NCBI GenBank assembly: GCA_045837725.1
Contig: JBEWZL010000064.1
Location: forward strand, 310,001 to 374,000
Direction: 5' to 3'
Length of the DNA stretch: 64,000 nt
DNA from: Vermamoeba vermiformis
Taxonomy: Eukaryota
How positions within the stretch are numbered: position 1 is the stretch's first letter; each line of letters opens with the position of its first letter. Made by a program: the position numbers and the translations under genes. Shown piece after piece: positions 29,062-43,314 of this stretch. Under the pieces are notes generated by a model. The model was not told where the DNA came from and searched no databases. It worked only from the letters and a program-made list of their open reading frames with translations.

Positions 29062-30387
29062 TTATTGATTCAGTTTCTTATTCAAAGCCTTGTTAGCCTT
29101 CCAAGCATTGTAATAAATGTCCAGCTCTTCGAGCATGTTCACGCGTTTCGGGATCCAATTGAGAATTCGACGGGCTTTATCTGCAACCGCCTTGACCGTC
29201 TTATTCGTAAGGATATCACTATATCAATATGATTATATTAGTTTTTGTTCTAAATAGAGGAAATAGTAGGTACGTACTAGGCTCGATCCGCTGGAACTTC
29301 TTTGTAGTATTGAACGGCGCCCTTCCATCCTGCTACTTTAGCAGCAGCAAGCTTAATCTTATCGAATGCGATAAGCTCAGTAGTGCCGATAAAGTCCTAG
29401 CAATATTTTGAGTCAGATCTGCAACATGCTCTTTACACGAAGATGTATTCGTACCTGGTGCTCTTGTTCGGTCTCAGCAATACGTAGGTATATGTTGGCA
29501 AGATCGTTTGTATGAATCCAGCCCCAGATCTTGTCGTGCTTGCCCCAGAACGTTATTTCTTCTTCGGGATCGACTCCGAAAAATCCTTCAACTAAGCTTT
29601 CTGAACATATAATCATTAGTATAAACCTCGAGGCTTGCATAAGAGTATTAAATAACTTACTAGCACTTCCGTTCCAAAGAGTATGATCGTTCACTAAAAA
29701 TAACCGCATCTGTTAGGTCGAGGCAACAAGAAAAATAATAAACACGTACCTCCGGAGCCAAATACAGCACCAGGTCGTACAATGCTGCCTCGAATATGTT
29801 CTGAAGTTAAGGCAAGTGTATCTGCAGCGTTCCTTTCATGGATGTTGAAGACGGAAATGTCCAGATCGAGCTCACTTCGTTCAGTAACGATATCTTCAGT
29901 CTCTTTGAACTGCAATATACCAGAAGTAGCTATATATATTTGCTTTTGAGAATGGACGCGAGTCTTGTTGAGTTCAATGACCGCGTTCAAGAGCGTCGTG
30001 TTTGTACCGGTCGCATCCACGACTACTGAAGCTTTTTTCAACGCTTCTTCGTATGTTTCGACCTTATTGATGTCACTATATACATAATTGATTAGTATAA
30101 ATGATCGTTATAACCATTGAAAACGAGCGTACCCTTGAACGGGCAAGATCTCCAATACGGAGAGGATCTGAGCTTGAATCTCTTTTCGAACCAGTCCGTA
30201 GACGCGGTATCCAGCTAAATATATTATCATTAGCAAGACAATACCTCTAAAATTCAAAGAGTAGTATATTTCAAAGCTTTACTTATAAGACTTTATCGTA
30301 CAGCCTCGTGCACTTACCGTTTCTAAAAGCAAGAGCAATAGCCTCACCAATTAATCCAGCAGCACCTGCGATGAAAACTGAAGCCAT
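29062..30387 (-). CDS. NAD-dependent epimerase/dehydratase-family (atypical SDR) protein, multi-exon
   Basis: MASVFIAGAAGLIG (Rossmann GxxGxxG), IVRPGAVFG, WIHTNDLANIY and KARRILNWIP. Confidence 0.85.
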
Positions 30388-30918
30388 GTTTGAGTTAATT
30401 TGAGTTTGAGTGTTGATCGGTTAGTTGTTTGTTGATTATTGAATTTGACTGGCAAACTGAGACTCGAAGTGCTTAAATACATTTCTTCAGTGCACAAATG
30501 AGCACGTGGTAAATAAAATAGCGAGTGGTGAATTGTCCGAACAAAATTTTTTCCGTTTTGCCGAGACAATGCAAAAAAAATTCAAATTAATGACCACAGC
30601 GCTGGAAAAATATCGCTCCAACAAATCATAGTTCCTATTATAAGATAGTACGATATAAAAATATTAATTTTTAAATTCAACAAGAGCTCAGATCAAGTTT
30701 ACCCGTTTCTCCGAGATCACCCAGCAAAGTTTAGCTAGCATACTAATCACGACCTGAACGACAATACTGCTATACTGATAAGCTTCCAATAGTGACGTGA
30801 TATGACAGAAGCTTGTTGGTCTCGTGTTGCAATTAATTTTTCAATTGATTTTTTTAAGCGAGCGCCTTGTAACGTAAGAGACGAGAAGTGATAAACACTG
30901 CCAATAGCTATTACTACA

Positions 30919-31986
30919 ATGCCATCATCCTGGCTTGACTATAAGCGGTGTTTAAGGACGATTCTCATCCTGATCAGCATTGTAGGCGCTTCGTTGGCGG
31001 ATTGGGGTACGTTTAACATTAATTAGCGTATAAACTAGCTATTTTAAGGCATTTTCTATACTAAAGAGGCTTCTTTCGCGTTTTCCATCGTGATGGAATT
31101 GCTTTCGCATATTTAATTACGCTTTACTACTAAAGGCAAACTCGATTTAACCGTCAAACAATTACCAATATTATTTAATAATTAATCACGCTTATAATCA
31201 GATTGCAGAACGGTTCCAGCTGGAAGTCATTATGACTCTTGGCTCCCGTTCCATGGATTTCACGAACAAATAATGAAAACGCAAATAATAATGAAGCCTA
31301 ATACAGCGTCATATTTAATATCTTCATCTGACCCGCAAGGCCATCGCTGCATGTCCAGGTAAGATCCAATTTGACACACGACTGACATTCGCATTGACAC
31401 GCTGCATATTTAAACAGTTGGAACAAATTGTACGGCGGATCTCGTTGTGGATATTATCACATGCATCACGAAGACTCTGATCGGTTCGTTTGGCGTCGTT
31501 CGGTAAGATAATTTGAGACACAGAAATTTCAATTTGGTTTGTAAAATGCTATTTTTAACCTTCCACCGTTGTTAGCAAGAGTGTTTGGTGTATAATGGCG
31601 ACTACATCGTGGGTCAAAAAAATGACTGCCCTCAGGCTAATTTAATCGAGATCGGGGCCTACGCTTACGATCGAGGCCAAGAACCATTTAAAAACTCGAC
31701 TTTGTTTAAAGAATTCGAAACGAGACTCGCGGTATGTTATTATATGGTAATGTTGATAATCCCCGAAGAGCGCTTACCTCGATTTTAATGCAGGTGGATC
31801 AAACTTACATCTTACGAATTGATTTTTTGGATTCTTCTTCGTTGTATTCCTTATATAATGCCACTGGTGGTAAGTAGGACCCTTCTATCATATTATTCAG
31901 AACTATATAACTAAAAGAGCGTTAGTGTTGCTCGAAAAGCAAACGATCAACCACACGCCGTGCTCGAATTACAATCAAGGTTATAA
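30919..31986 (+). CDS. Uncharacterised small membrane protein, multi-exon
   Basis: MPSSWLDYKRCLRTILILISIVGASLA.., GT-AG-bounded exons and a C-terminal hydrophobic segment; exon structure uncertain. Confidence 0.4.
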
Positions 31987-32604
31987 CTTAGAGCTCTATT
32001 TTGGCGGTGTTTGTCCTGCACCTCAACCTGTAACTGTATGTTACCAAGACGTATGAGTAGCTTTTACGCCCGCATTCAGGCCAAAAAAAAAATAAAGTTT
32101 TATTATTTTTCAAAGCCGTCTAGAATAAATATTTTCGAGTATGTTAAATTGCACACTTCGTATTATTGGAAATTATAATAACACTAATTCATGGAGGCGG
32201 CCAGTAATTGATAGATTTTGAAAATGACTTGGTTTGTTTCTACGAGTATAAATATCTTACCAAGATATTTTTAAGGCTGCACAGATTATTGTTAGTAAAA
32301 TCCGTATTGTTGCAACGCTAGCTTCAAACGTGTTGTGCTCATCCCTGTCACGCATCAACTTCGTGATCAGAGTACTGACCGGTGCTTGCAGAATAATGAT
32401 AGGCACGTGTGTTATCCAGCGTGGTAATCACGGACACTGTTGGTTTGTAAGTCAAATCACACCATCAAATCAAAAGCTAGCACGTGCGACTGACCAATCA
32501 GGTGCGTTCTTCGGTCATTTGTTGCTTTGTTTGTAAACTTTGATTTGTCAGCCTTGCAAACAACCGAATCACCACATAACAAATAACAAGATATAAAAAA
32601 AAAC

Positions 32605-33555
32605 ATGGTCGACATGGATAAATCAATACGAAATCGAATAACAACAAAACAAAAGGGCTTAATACATAATGAGTACCTCAATGGTAAGTTGGCTTTTATT
32701 TTTAGTTTGGATGTGGGGACTAAATTAATTATTTTAAGCAAATGGACGTACACGAGTGGACTAATTTGCATATTGGTTACCAATGCTATGAAGAAGATAA
32801 TGAAATACTTGCTTACGATCACGAGGATCCTTTCACCAACTCGCTCTTAATTATTGCTGATGGCATTAAACAAACACTCGATGATCAAGTTGCCGCTACT
32901 GCATCAACCCTATGCTCATATCCTATCGTCGAAGGCCCTGCATCTCCGTATCTGGCGGATGTCCCTTTTATGCCCGGCACTCCTTCTTACTACACCAATG
33001 CTTCATCCAACGAATACAACTCAAACGAATCTGTTAGCGACAGCATAGCTGAGGCCTTGAAAAGCGAGAAAATCAATTCTTTGCTTGATGTCAACGAGCA
33101 GATCAAGCCTGCAGTCTTAATCAAAGATGAACCCGTTGTCACTAATAGCGTCATTGTTGCGACATATCTTCGCTCCAATTATCCCGAGTACTTAACGCCT
33201 AAGGTGGAAAGAAAGCCTCGCTTCACCGCCAAAAAACCCAAATCTGCTCCTCGCTCTCAGAAGCCAAAGAAGACCGCTCCTAAGGCCTCTGTAGACATCA
33301 CGTATCACTATGGCGCAAGGCTTCGAGCAAGAAGTTCCTGAACAAGAAGATGGCATGCGCTACATCCACCGTGCTGAAGCCGATCAAGTTGCGCTGCGTG
33401 TCAAGGCTCGTCAGTTCAAGATCTCCGGTGCTGGTCGCAAGTCAGAGGGCAATGGCGGCAAGGATCGCGCACCTTATACTAAGCTCCACGATGCGTTGAA
33501 GAAGGCACAATGGAAGCGCGAAGTTGTTGGTGACTTCTATCGCTACTACAAGTAG
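32605..33555 (+). CDS. Uncharacterised protein: acidic N-terminus plus basic C-terminal domain (paralog of 18154-18905); +1 frameshift near 33294
   Basis: ORFs 32742-33341 and 33310-33555 join. RITMAQGF..KISGAGRK..RAPYTKLHDALKKAQWKR aligns with the paralog. Confidence 0.7.
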
Positions 33556-34087
33556 AGTAAGATCTGCTTGTGTAAATATTGTACAGTGTAATATAAATGT
33601 TGTTGTTAAATATACGGCCGCGCCCATTCGTTTGCCTTAGAAACTTCCAGCTAAACTCATTGGTACGTAAGAAAATGTTCTCGTTGATTATTGTTAGATC
33701 CGCTGTCGAAGGCAATAAGATACAGCCTGGTTCAGTTATTTGGTCTTTATTAATTAAGTACCAAAATACGACGTAAGCTTGGTAAGGAATTTTTTTCTAC
33801 CGATTCAATTACCTCGCCTCGAAGGTCGCTAACCAAATAAGGGAAACTAAGTTTTTTCTCCCTAGGACAAACCACAAATCGAGGGAGATATAGAACTGTT
33901 AAACCACTTGGCGCCAGGCTAACATTCACGGGAATGATTTGACTTAGTTCGGATCGCCTTACCAAAATAGGAATGTACCTTACCAAATGTGTTTGGAGGT
34001 ACGTTTAGGATTTTTAGACCATAACCGAACAATTATATTTCTAATCAAGTGATTAGAGACCACAGCTCTCTCATATTTTTTTCGAAC

Positions 34088-36098
34088 ATGCAGCGAATCC
34101 AGTTCTTTCTGTTCAGCACGTTGTTCTACATCGGCGCAGTTACCGCTCAAAATGCTACTGAACCGGTAGCCGACGCACCAGTTGGTCCTTCAGTCGCTGA
34201 CATCAACGCTGGTGATACTGCATGGCTCATGTTATCGGCAGCGCTCGTAATGTTTATGACCCCTGGATTGGCTTTCTTTTACGGCGGTCTTACGGAAAAT
34301 ACTACAATTATCAACACGTTGTCTATGAGCTTCGTCACTATAGGCATCGTAACAATGGAATGGGTCTTGGTTGGCTACTCTTTCGCTTTTGGAGGTAGGG
34401 ATTGGATCCTTAAATTAACGCTGTCAAATATTTAAACAGAGGCTAAGCCAAATATGCCGTCAATTGATTTCTTTTTTTTTTGTTGCGAAAGTTTTACTAG
34501 GGCCCATTTTATTTATAATTATATTCCGTTTTACATTTTTAACGATAAAACCGGTCAATAACTGCAATCTCTTCGGAGATTTACTATTAGACTTAAGTCC
34601 ACAATAATTGAGACATGTACGATAAATAATAATACTTGCCATAGAGTTTAAGCTCGAACGATTAAATTTGTACTGAAACTTAATCCGCAGCGGTAACTGA
34701 TTTTTCTTGCAGGTGGTAATCCAGTATGGGGAGACTTCTCATTTGGTGCTCTCTTAGGCGTCGATATGGTGCCTAATCCACTTTACGGCGCAACTGTGCC
34801 GCATCTTGCTTTCTGCATCTTCCAAATGGCCTTTGCAATTATTACTCCGGCTATCGTTTCAGGTGCAGTAGTGCATCGTATGAAATTTACTTCATACGTC
34901 TTATTCACTTTCTTGTGGGCATTGATCGTCTACAATCCGATCGCTCACTGGATTTGGAGCGCGTACACGGATGCGGATGGAAACATCGCCTTTGGCTACT
35001 TACGCGGTTGGGGCATCCTTGACTTTGCCGGTGGCCTCGTCGTACATATGAGCTCTGGATTTAGCGCTCTCATCGCCTCCATTATTTTGGGACCAAGATC
35101 AACGCATCCGAAAAAGGAAAATCCTGAAAATATTCCTCTGACATTGCTGGGCACTGGAATTCTGTGGTTTGGTTGGTTCGGATTTAACGCAGGCAGCGCT
35201 ATTACTGCAGGCGGTTTGGCTTCTCAAGCCTTAATGAACACTCAAGTTTGTCCCGCTACATCTCTTATGACTTGGCTGTTCCTCGACTGGGTCATTAAAA
35301 AGAAGGCTAGTCTCATTGGCGCTTGCTGTGGTGTCTTAGTCGGTATGTCTAATATTTACTTACCGTTGTAAGCCAAAAATAATTCCGGATCTTTAGGCCT
35401 CGTTGTGATTACTCCCGCAGCAGGCCTTGTCTCGTCATATATGGCCTTAGTAATGGGCGTAATTGGCGTTGGAATCGTTTACGGCTTCCTCGAGGCTAGA
35501 CATAAGATAAAGGTAACTAATAATTTTAGAAAAAAGTCTACAGATCGAGTTTGACTCACCAAATATAGAAACTCGACGATACCTTGGACGTATTTGTTTG
35601 TCATGGCATCGGTGGTTGGGTCGGCGCTATTCTTACTGGATTGTTCGCAGATCCCGTTGCGAGGTAACTGAGAACCTTCGTTAATTTTGAAAAATTATTA
35701 TTAATAAACCATCGTTACTCTTACTAATAAATATATAGCGGTGGCCTCGGTACTGGCTCTGCTTTTGGAAACGGACCTCAAATTGGTTGGCAATTAGTCG
35801 GTACGCGATCTGACCATTTTTCTGCTCCGAAGTTATAGATAGACCTATGCTCGTCTTCTAATTAGTGTAATTATATTTAGGTACTGTATTCGCTGCTTTG
35901 TGGTCCTGCGGAGTGACAGCAGCGATTATGTTCTTCATCAAGTACACCGTTGGCTTGAAGGTCTCAGACGATAACCAACATAACATTGACGGCAGGCTGC
36001 ATGGTGAAGTGTATATGGCAGATAAGAACGCCGTTAAAATGAGCGAACGATCTGAAGCAGATCTGCTGAATAATCATCGTGGCAACGGAGATGTTTAA
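34088..36098 (+). CDS. amt: Ammonium transporter (AmtB/Mep-type), multi-exon
   Basis: Motifs [57 protein letters not shown] and [14 protein letters not shown] (twin His). Confidence 0.96.
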
Positions 36099-36176
36099 AA
36101 ATTTTGAATTTTCAATCGAATATGTATGTTAGTAATAATAAATATGATGTAATAGTTAGAAATTAATATGATTTAA

Positions 36177-38179
36177 TTACTTGCTTGACAACAACTGCTT
36201 CAATTCCTTCGCGGCTTCGACCAATTTTTCAAGCGTGGCAGTGCTAAAGTCTCGAACGGATGTCGTGCTCTTAATGATCGATTTAGACTCGTCACAATAA
36301 GCCTATGTGTTAAAGGTGTCGTTAATAATATATTAAAAGCATTGGATTCACTTTCATATCCTTACCAGTGTTCCTAAAGCGGCGATAAGTCGATACTGGA
36401 CCTCGGGATCTGGTTCCACTTCCAACATCTAAAATAAACAGCAGTATTAATATTCAGGCATAATATAGCAATTAAGCATTATTTTTACGTTTCTAATGGT
36501 CTCAGCTCCTTGTTGTTGAGCCTCTTTCGTTTCATTGGTTTGTTTGGCATAAAAGCACGCTGCTACGGCAAGACTAGAAGTAACAAAATAATTAAATATT
36601 GTACTAAATATACCGCTTATATGTCGATATTATGATATAGGTAGAGTGCTTACTTTAACAAGACTGTTGATACAGCGGTTCGGATCTGTACGTTCTCATT
36701 CTTCAAGAAGACTGTAACAAATTCCAATAGCTATAGATATATTAATACTAAATACCTCTGAATCATTATTATTATCTACGTACTTGTTGGTTCATTTCCA
36801 AAGCAATGGATCTTAAGCTCTCGAAGCGGAACATGTTGCTAATGAATCTAGGCAAAGAAGGTTAATTTTCAACATTAAGATCGTTGTATTATACATACCT
36901 CCAAGTCATAATTAGATTAGGTGCCACGACTACGTCTTCAAGCAAATAGCTAATCACAATATCAACCAAGTTGTCGTCCTGATCCTTCGCGTGAGCTACG
37001 GCATAGTGATCAGCAGCGTGGGGATGCAATATCATAAGACGAAGTACGTCCAACGCTACGATAAGTATTAATAAGGTTATTGCGTAAAGTAGTTGAATCT
37101 GAAGTTTTGGATGTGATTCCAGTACACGATACCTGGAAATCGCTTAGCAGGAGGCCATCGAGCTAATTTAGCCATAACTTTGTATTCATCTGGTGCAAAT
37201 GATGAAGAATGATAGAAAGAAGTGTTCTTAATAGTGTCTGCTAATCTCTGAAGTGATTTGACTTCCGTGTCGCTCAACGCATTCGCATTCTATATTTAAA
37301 AATCCATTAATACTAAATTAATATCATAATGCGTCAATTAGTTGATCTTACGCCTTCTTTTTGCAAATCAGTATTGAACTGGAGTACTTTGGGCAAGATC
37401 TGCTCCATTTTACCAGAGTCGAAATAAACGAACCCTTCCTATAAACTCATCAATTACAACGTATTAAATACTGCATATTATGCTTATACTTACCACTGGG
37501 AAGTGTTTGTAAGGACTTTTAGGCTTCTCAGGCTGTTTTGGGGTTACAATTCCGTACGTGCGCACGGTGTTTTCGAGGCGATTGCTGTCGGCTCCACTGA
37601 ATTTATCTGTCATAATAGTATAGTATTAGCATGTATACGCCAAGAACTCTATAACTGAGCATTCATTCTAGCGTACCAATCAATACACCGCTCTTGTAGA
37701 AGTAAAAAGTAGGCATGCTCGAGATCCCGCATTTCTGCGCAGTAAGCTTCAATAAAAGAATTAGTACGTTGTACGTTTATGCATTATATTGGCTGGAATA
37801 AATATAAGTATTATGCGATATTTTTCCTCAGTTGCTAAAGTTTTTAGTAAATTAGTACTTACCACAAGTCTATCGACATCCACTTTGAGGAAAGTCGTAT
37901 CAGGATACGTAGCACTTAATTGTGCGATAAATGGCGCAATAGCTTTACAAGGGCCGCACCAGTGAGCTGGCATTCAACGTTAATTTTCGGACTGACAGAA
38001 AATTGGAAATATTATTTCAATAATTACCAAAAAAATCAACAACGACAAGGCGTTCACCAGATGAGCTAATAATAGCCTAAATTAATTGTATTAATTCCAT
38101 CCATGCTTGGTGACAAATAATTGCATCTTACGTCAAACTCCTCGTCGCTTTCAACTTCGTTTACAAATCCGTGGGACAT
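36177..38179 (-). CDS. Thioredoxin plus PUL domain protein, multi-exon
   Basis: N-terminal VVVDFF.AHWCGPCKAIAP; C-terminal PUL-like WPPAKRFPALDVLRL and EVQYRLIAALGTL. Confidence 0.8.
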
Positions 38180-38610
38180 TAATCTGACAATATAATATTG
38201 GCTAACTTTATGAGAAACTTTTCGTAAGTGCTGTTGTGGTGCTTATAAGCAGATTTCAAATAGTCAATTGGAAAACTCGATTACAAACTGATTACGACGA
38301 ATGCTTGTTTATTCAGGCTTCAAATAGGATCCTCGAGGTCTATACACCTCAATTTTAGTATGACTTGGGCTTTCGGTTCGAACAGACAGACGGTACGTCA
38401 GGTGTTGGAGACCAAACATCCCAAGGCAATCTTTAATTTGGGCCTCTGTCGTATCCCTTCTAACAAATTAACATTTCTTTACGCAATAAGAAGTTTAATT
38501 GCATGAATAGAAAGAATTTTACCGTGCTCACTAGCCGTTACCTACGGGCAGATCGCTTTTTGTTTTGAACAGAACATTTTCAAGCAAAAAACAACAATGC
38601 AACACTCACA

Positions 38611-39701
38611 ATGAACCTTGTATATAATACTTCACCTCAAAAACACTTCCATGACGACTGGACACGCAGAGTGTTCGCAGTACCAGCCAGTTTTTTGCTA
38701 CCAAAGCAAGATGACGGATTTAAGTTCACCTATCAGCCACCCGTGAATTGTCATAAGCGAAAACGCAATGACGATTCAGATGTATATATTCCCAACAAGA
38801 GGTTTCATTCAGAACCATCTGTACAGCTTGTCAAGTACGTGCGCCATTTTTTTATTGGAATTATTTTTAATTTTTCAATATTATTAACTCTTCGTTTTTT
38901 TATAGCCACTTCAACACTCTACCTGAAGAAATTACCTCGTATATATTCTCGTATTTAGATTACAAAAATGTTTGCATCTTGGCGCAGGTGTCTCTCAAAT
39001 TTCATCAATGCGCTCACCAAGAGATTCTGTGGCTAGATTTGTATAAACGAAGATGGTTTAATAATCCAATCGATGATCTATGGCTCAGAACTAAAAGGGT
39101 GCATCCAGAAAAATTATTCATGATGCGACGCAGGATCGAGATCGCTTACCTGAATTCTTTGGACGCTAAAAACGTTGAAACTAATTCAAAGGTACGTTAT
39201 ACAAAATATATTTACAGAAAGTTTGACAAATTGTTCAATGCTTTTCTTTCATCTTGCAAGCGCGATCTCGATGACACTAATCTCTTCACTTTTGCAGACC
39301 TTCCACCGCTTGGCCGAGTGGTTTTATAACGAAGCATCAAATTTGTCGACTTTAGACCCTGAGAGGGCAGAGTGGCTGTTCATATGCAGTTTTCAAGAGT
39401 ACGCCTCTTCGTACGTGCTGAATCCAGACGTAAGTATTCAAACGAATCTCCATGATCGTGCTTTTGGTAGTTACTGATGCCTCGTATCTAGGACTACGAA
39501 ATTTTGATTCATTGGGGTGATGCTCTGTCAGATTTCGCCTTGCTGAAACAAGGTTCAGAGCGAGATTTGTTGTTCTTCATGTCGCAGCAGCGCTACGAAG
39601 TGGCTCGCAGGATTATGCCCGTTGTTGAGCCTACTGTCGACCCGAACAACATCAAATTTGGAAGTGTGGATCTGAGGAAGCTGAATGTTTCGTGGATGTG
39701 A
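38611..39701 (+). CDS. F-box domain protein, multi-exon
   Basis: After the intron, FNTLPEEITSYIFSYLDYKNVCILAQVSLKFHQCAHQEILWLDLYKRRW (F-box consensus). Confidence 0.75.
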
Positions 39702-40296
39702 GTGGATCTCATTCTCTTTCAACTGATTGGCTTGTTGCTTGTTATTAACATCGCGATTTAATCTTTTTGTTTTGTAATAAACCACCGTTTATCCAACGCT
39801 GGTTTTTGACCTTTAGATCGGCATCTTGCCAGGTCGAGTATGAGGACGTGCATTGGCTTCGATAGATCTGTAGGTAAGAAATTTTAATATGGTCCACTCC
39901 CTTCTAATATTGCCGGTAATCATCGCGTCATCGTTTTGCATTCTTACGTTTTTCTCTAGATCAGCGCGGCATCCAGTCTACTGGTAGACGAAAATCAACG
40001 TAATAATAAGCTGGCCAATGGAATTCATTAGTACACGTCAAACTCGCAAATATTGCTTTGAATTCTGGCATTTTTCGCAGAACGTTTCCACCGACACCAA
40101 TAGTAACAGGTCTTTTTATCCTCGCGCGCACGTTTTTTATCGATTATTAGACACAAGAGCTTGTTACAACACATGCGGTAGAACGAACCTCTCGAGAGCG
40201 TATCTGACCTATTGTAACATATATTTTTCGATTGCGAAGTCGATTGTGTAAATAAGTATTCGTTATTTTTTTTGAATTTGCCAAAAAATCATTTGG

Positions 40297-43200
40297 ATGT
40301 CCACAGCAATAATATCGCCCACAATGGAAAAATCCAGCGATAATCGGACAATGCAAGACACTGCATTAAAAAAGGAATCATCAGAAAAACTCGGCACCAT
40401 CTCGAATTCAGAGCAAAGCGCTAACGCGAAGGAAAACGGAAACCATAACGATAGTAATGGTAAACCAGCCGCAGGTCCTTCCAGCGATGACGGTGATCAT
40501 ATGGACTCGAATGAAAACTCGCATTCAAAACAACTAGATGGTGAGTTTCAAAGACAAGAGCAAATTTGACCGTTATTTAAATATTATTTATTTGTGCAAA
40601 AATATTGGATATCGATTTTCCCTGCCAAAACTAATTTCTAAAGACTTACCGTATTTCAATAATCCTTATTTAATTCTTGAATTCTAAATATTTGATTTTT
40701 ATCGTGCATCTACTCTGCGATAGGTCGCGCGCTCCTTTATTCTTTATAATATAGTATTTCCATCGTAGTGATATTATGATTCACAAACTTTTAAGTAATC
40801 TCCGCGTAATCTTTCATCGTACAGGGAGATCTATTTTACCGATCTTCTCGGACCTTTTCTTTTAAATACGCGATCGCTAATAATTCTTTATTATATCAGA
40901 TGGTTTAATCGCCCTCGGCCAAGAAGTCGAAGAAGGCAATGTAGAATATAAATTAAAATTGGTCGATCCAACACCAGAACGGTTCGAGCACCTCGTCTCG
41001 CAACTTAAATGGCGGTTAGGCGAAGGCCAAGGTGAAGCTTTATACGAAATCGGCGTCGAAGACAATGGGTTCCCTAAGGTAAATTCATACTTATTTTCGT
41101 AGCATTTTTCGTCGATGGCTCACAAATAATACAAAAAAAATTCTAAATAATTTGAAAATAGGGGCTTTCCGATACCGACTTGGAAAAATCAATGAACACG
41201 TTAGAAAGAATGGCCAAACAATTAAACTGCGAATGTTCATTAGTTTGCAAACGGCCAGGCAAAGAAGGCACCATTGCTGAAATGCTCGTTCGAGAAGTCC
41301 GTGAAGATCGATACATTGACATTCGTATTGCTGTCACTGGCAACGTCGACAGCGGCAAGAGCACGTTGATTGGTGTCTTGACCAAGGGCCAATTGGACAA
41401 CGGCAGAGGTCTCGTGCGTGTGAACGTGTTCAACCACAAACACGAAGTCGAAACTGGCAGAACTTCGAGCATTAGCACGCAGATCTTAGGTACGCGCGGG
41501 AATTATTATCCCATAATTATGCTAATATTACAAGAAAAATTATTGACGGGGTTTAGTTTGACTGAAAATTCATCGGTGTTGAATTTGTTAGCTAATCAAG
41601 GTTAAATCTGAATAGGTTACGATTCTAAAGGCGAGTGCGTGAACTATTCACCGCTGCACAACATGTCTTGGGGTGACATCATCGAGCACTCCTACAAGGT
41701 CATTTCGTTCTTGGATCTTGCCGGACACGAGAAGTATTTAAGAACTACCGTCACTGGTATGACTGGTCATATGCCTGATTATTGTTTCTTACTCGTTGGC
41801 TCTAACATGGGTGTCACAAGGTACGTAGCTAGCCATAAAATTACTCGATCCAAAATTTTCAAAACACATTTTGATGGCACCGCAAAGCTCTAATATTATC
41901 GCAACGTGTTTATTAATGTTGATATTTGCTTAGAATGACTAAGGAACATTTGGGCTTGGCTTTGGCGCTGAAAATCCCGGTGGTTATTATCGTGACCAAG
42001 GTCGATATTTGCCCTGAGAACGTGTTGAAACAAACACTAGAAGACATTCAAAGAATTCTCAAGGTGCGCGGTGTCAGAAAGATGTCGATGATCGTGAAGA
42101 ATGAGGAAGATATGATCACCTGTATAAAGAACATCCATAACGATCGTATCGTCCCCATCTTCTTGCTCAGCTCTGTCACCGGCAAGAACGTCGAGCTTCT
42201 GCGGCAGGTACGACTCATTATAGCATCTTACTAATGAACTCGAGGCCTATTAACGTGAGACTAATTATCTGCGTTTAGTTCCTCAACGTTATCCCGCCAC
42301 GTATTCAATGGGACTTGCTCGTGAACGGCCCTCCCGAAGTGTTGATTGATCAAACTTACTTCGTCACTGGTGTCGGTACTGTCGTTGGGGGAACTGTCAT
42401 GTCGGGTACTATCCAAGGCGAACAAAAGATGTTGTTGGGTCCCGACGGCAACGGACAGTTTATGCCCGTGCAGGTGAAGAGCGTGCACTCGAAGCGAGTC
42501 CCTGTCAAGAGCGCTTGGGCTGGTCAATCTGCTGGCTTTGCACTTAAGAAGATTAAGCGATCGTTGATCAGAAAGGGCATGGTTCTTGTTGATATTAACA
42601 GCAACCCTAAGTAAGTCAAAATAACCTCAGTACATAGGTGGATCTGGTACTAATTTTTGTTGTATCAGGGCTTCTTTTAGCTTCGAAGCAGACGTTATCA
42701 TTCTGTTCCACTCGACTACTATTCACACCAATTATCAGCCGGTTATTCAGTGCATGACCATGCGGCAGTCTGCTCGTATAACCCACATTTTCGACCGCGA
42801 ATTGCTGAGAACCGGTGATCGTGCCCGTGTCCGATTCAGATTTTTGTACAGATCCGAATTCTTGAAAGAAGGTAGGCACTTATATTTAAGGATCTTTAAA
42901 CCAACTATTTGTAACGAAATTGACTCGATTTTTTGACCGGCAAATTTGTTTGGTTGGAATTTTGACGGTCAAAACCACGTACTGAACGAATTTAACGCTA
43001 ATTGTATCCTAGGTATGAGAATTATCTTCCGAGAAGGTCGGTGCAAGGGTATTGGTATCATTACCAAGGTCCACTGCGAAGAAGAGGATGCGAACAAGCC
43101 AACTCAAACCGTCTCTTTAACTGAGAGCGGAGGTGTTGCTAAGCCTGAAGAAGGAGGCGCGAATAACAACAAGGTCGAAGCAGAGCTCAAAGAGGAAGTC

Positions 43201-43314
43201 GCACCTGAAGTTGAAGTTCGCGTGGATGAGGCTAAAGGCCGCAAGAAAGAAGAAAAGGATCGTAAGAAGGCAGCTGCTTCTAAAGCCCCGCAACAGCCTG
43301 CCAAGAAGAAATAA
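40297..43314 (+). CDS. GTPBP2: GTP-binding protein 1/2 (translational GTPase), multi-exon
   Basis: EEGNVEYKLKL..QLKWRLGEGQGEALYEIGVED, GNVDSGKST, HEVETGRTSS, DLAGHEKY, TKVD and FREGRCKGIG. GTPBP1 versus GTPBP2 is not certain. Confidence 0.9.

Noticed and set aside
29200-29222. ATATCCTT on the minus strand as a second U12 donor
   Set aside because: It lies in an exon just after a normal AG acceptor and encodes DIL.
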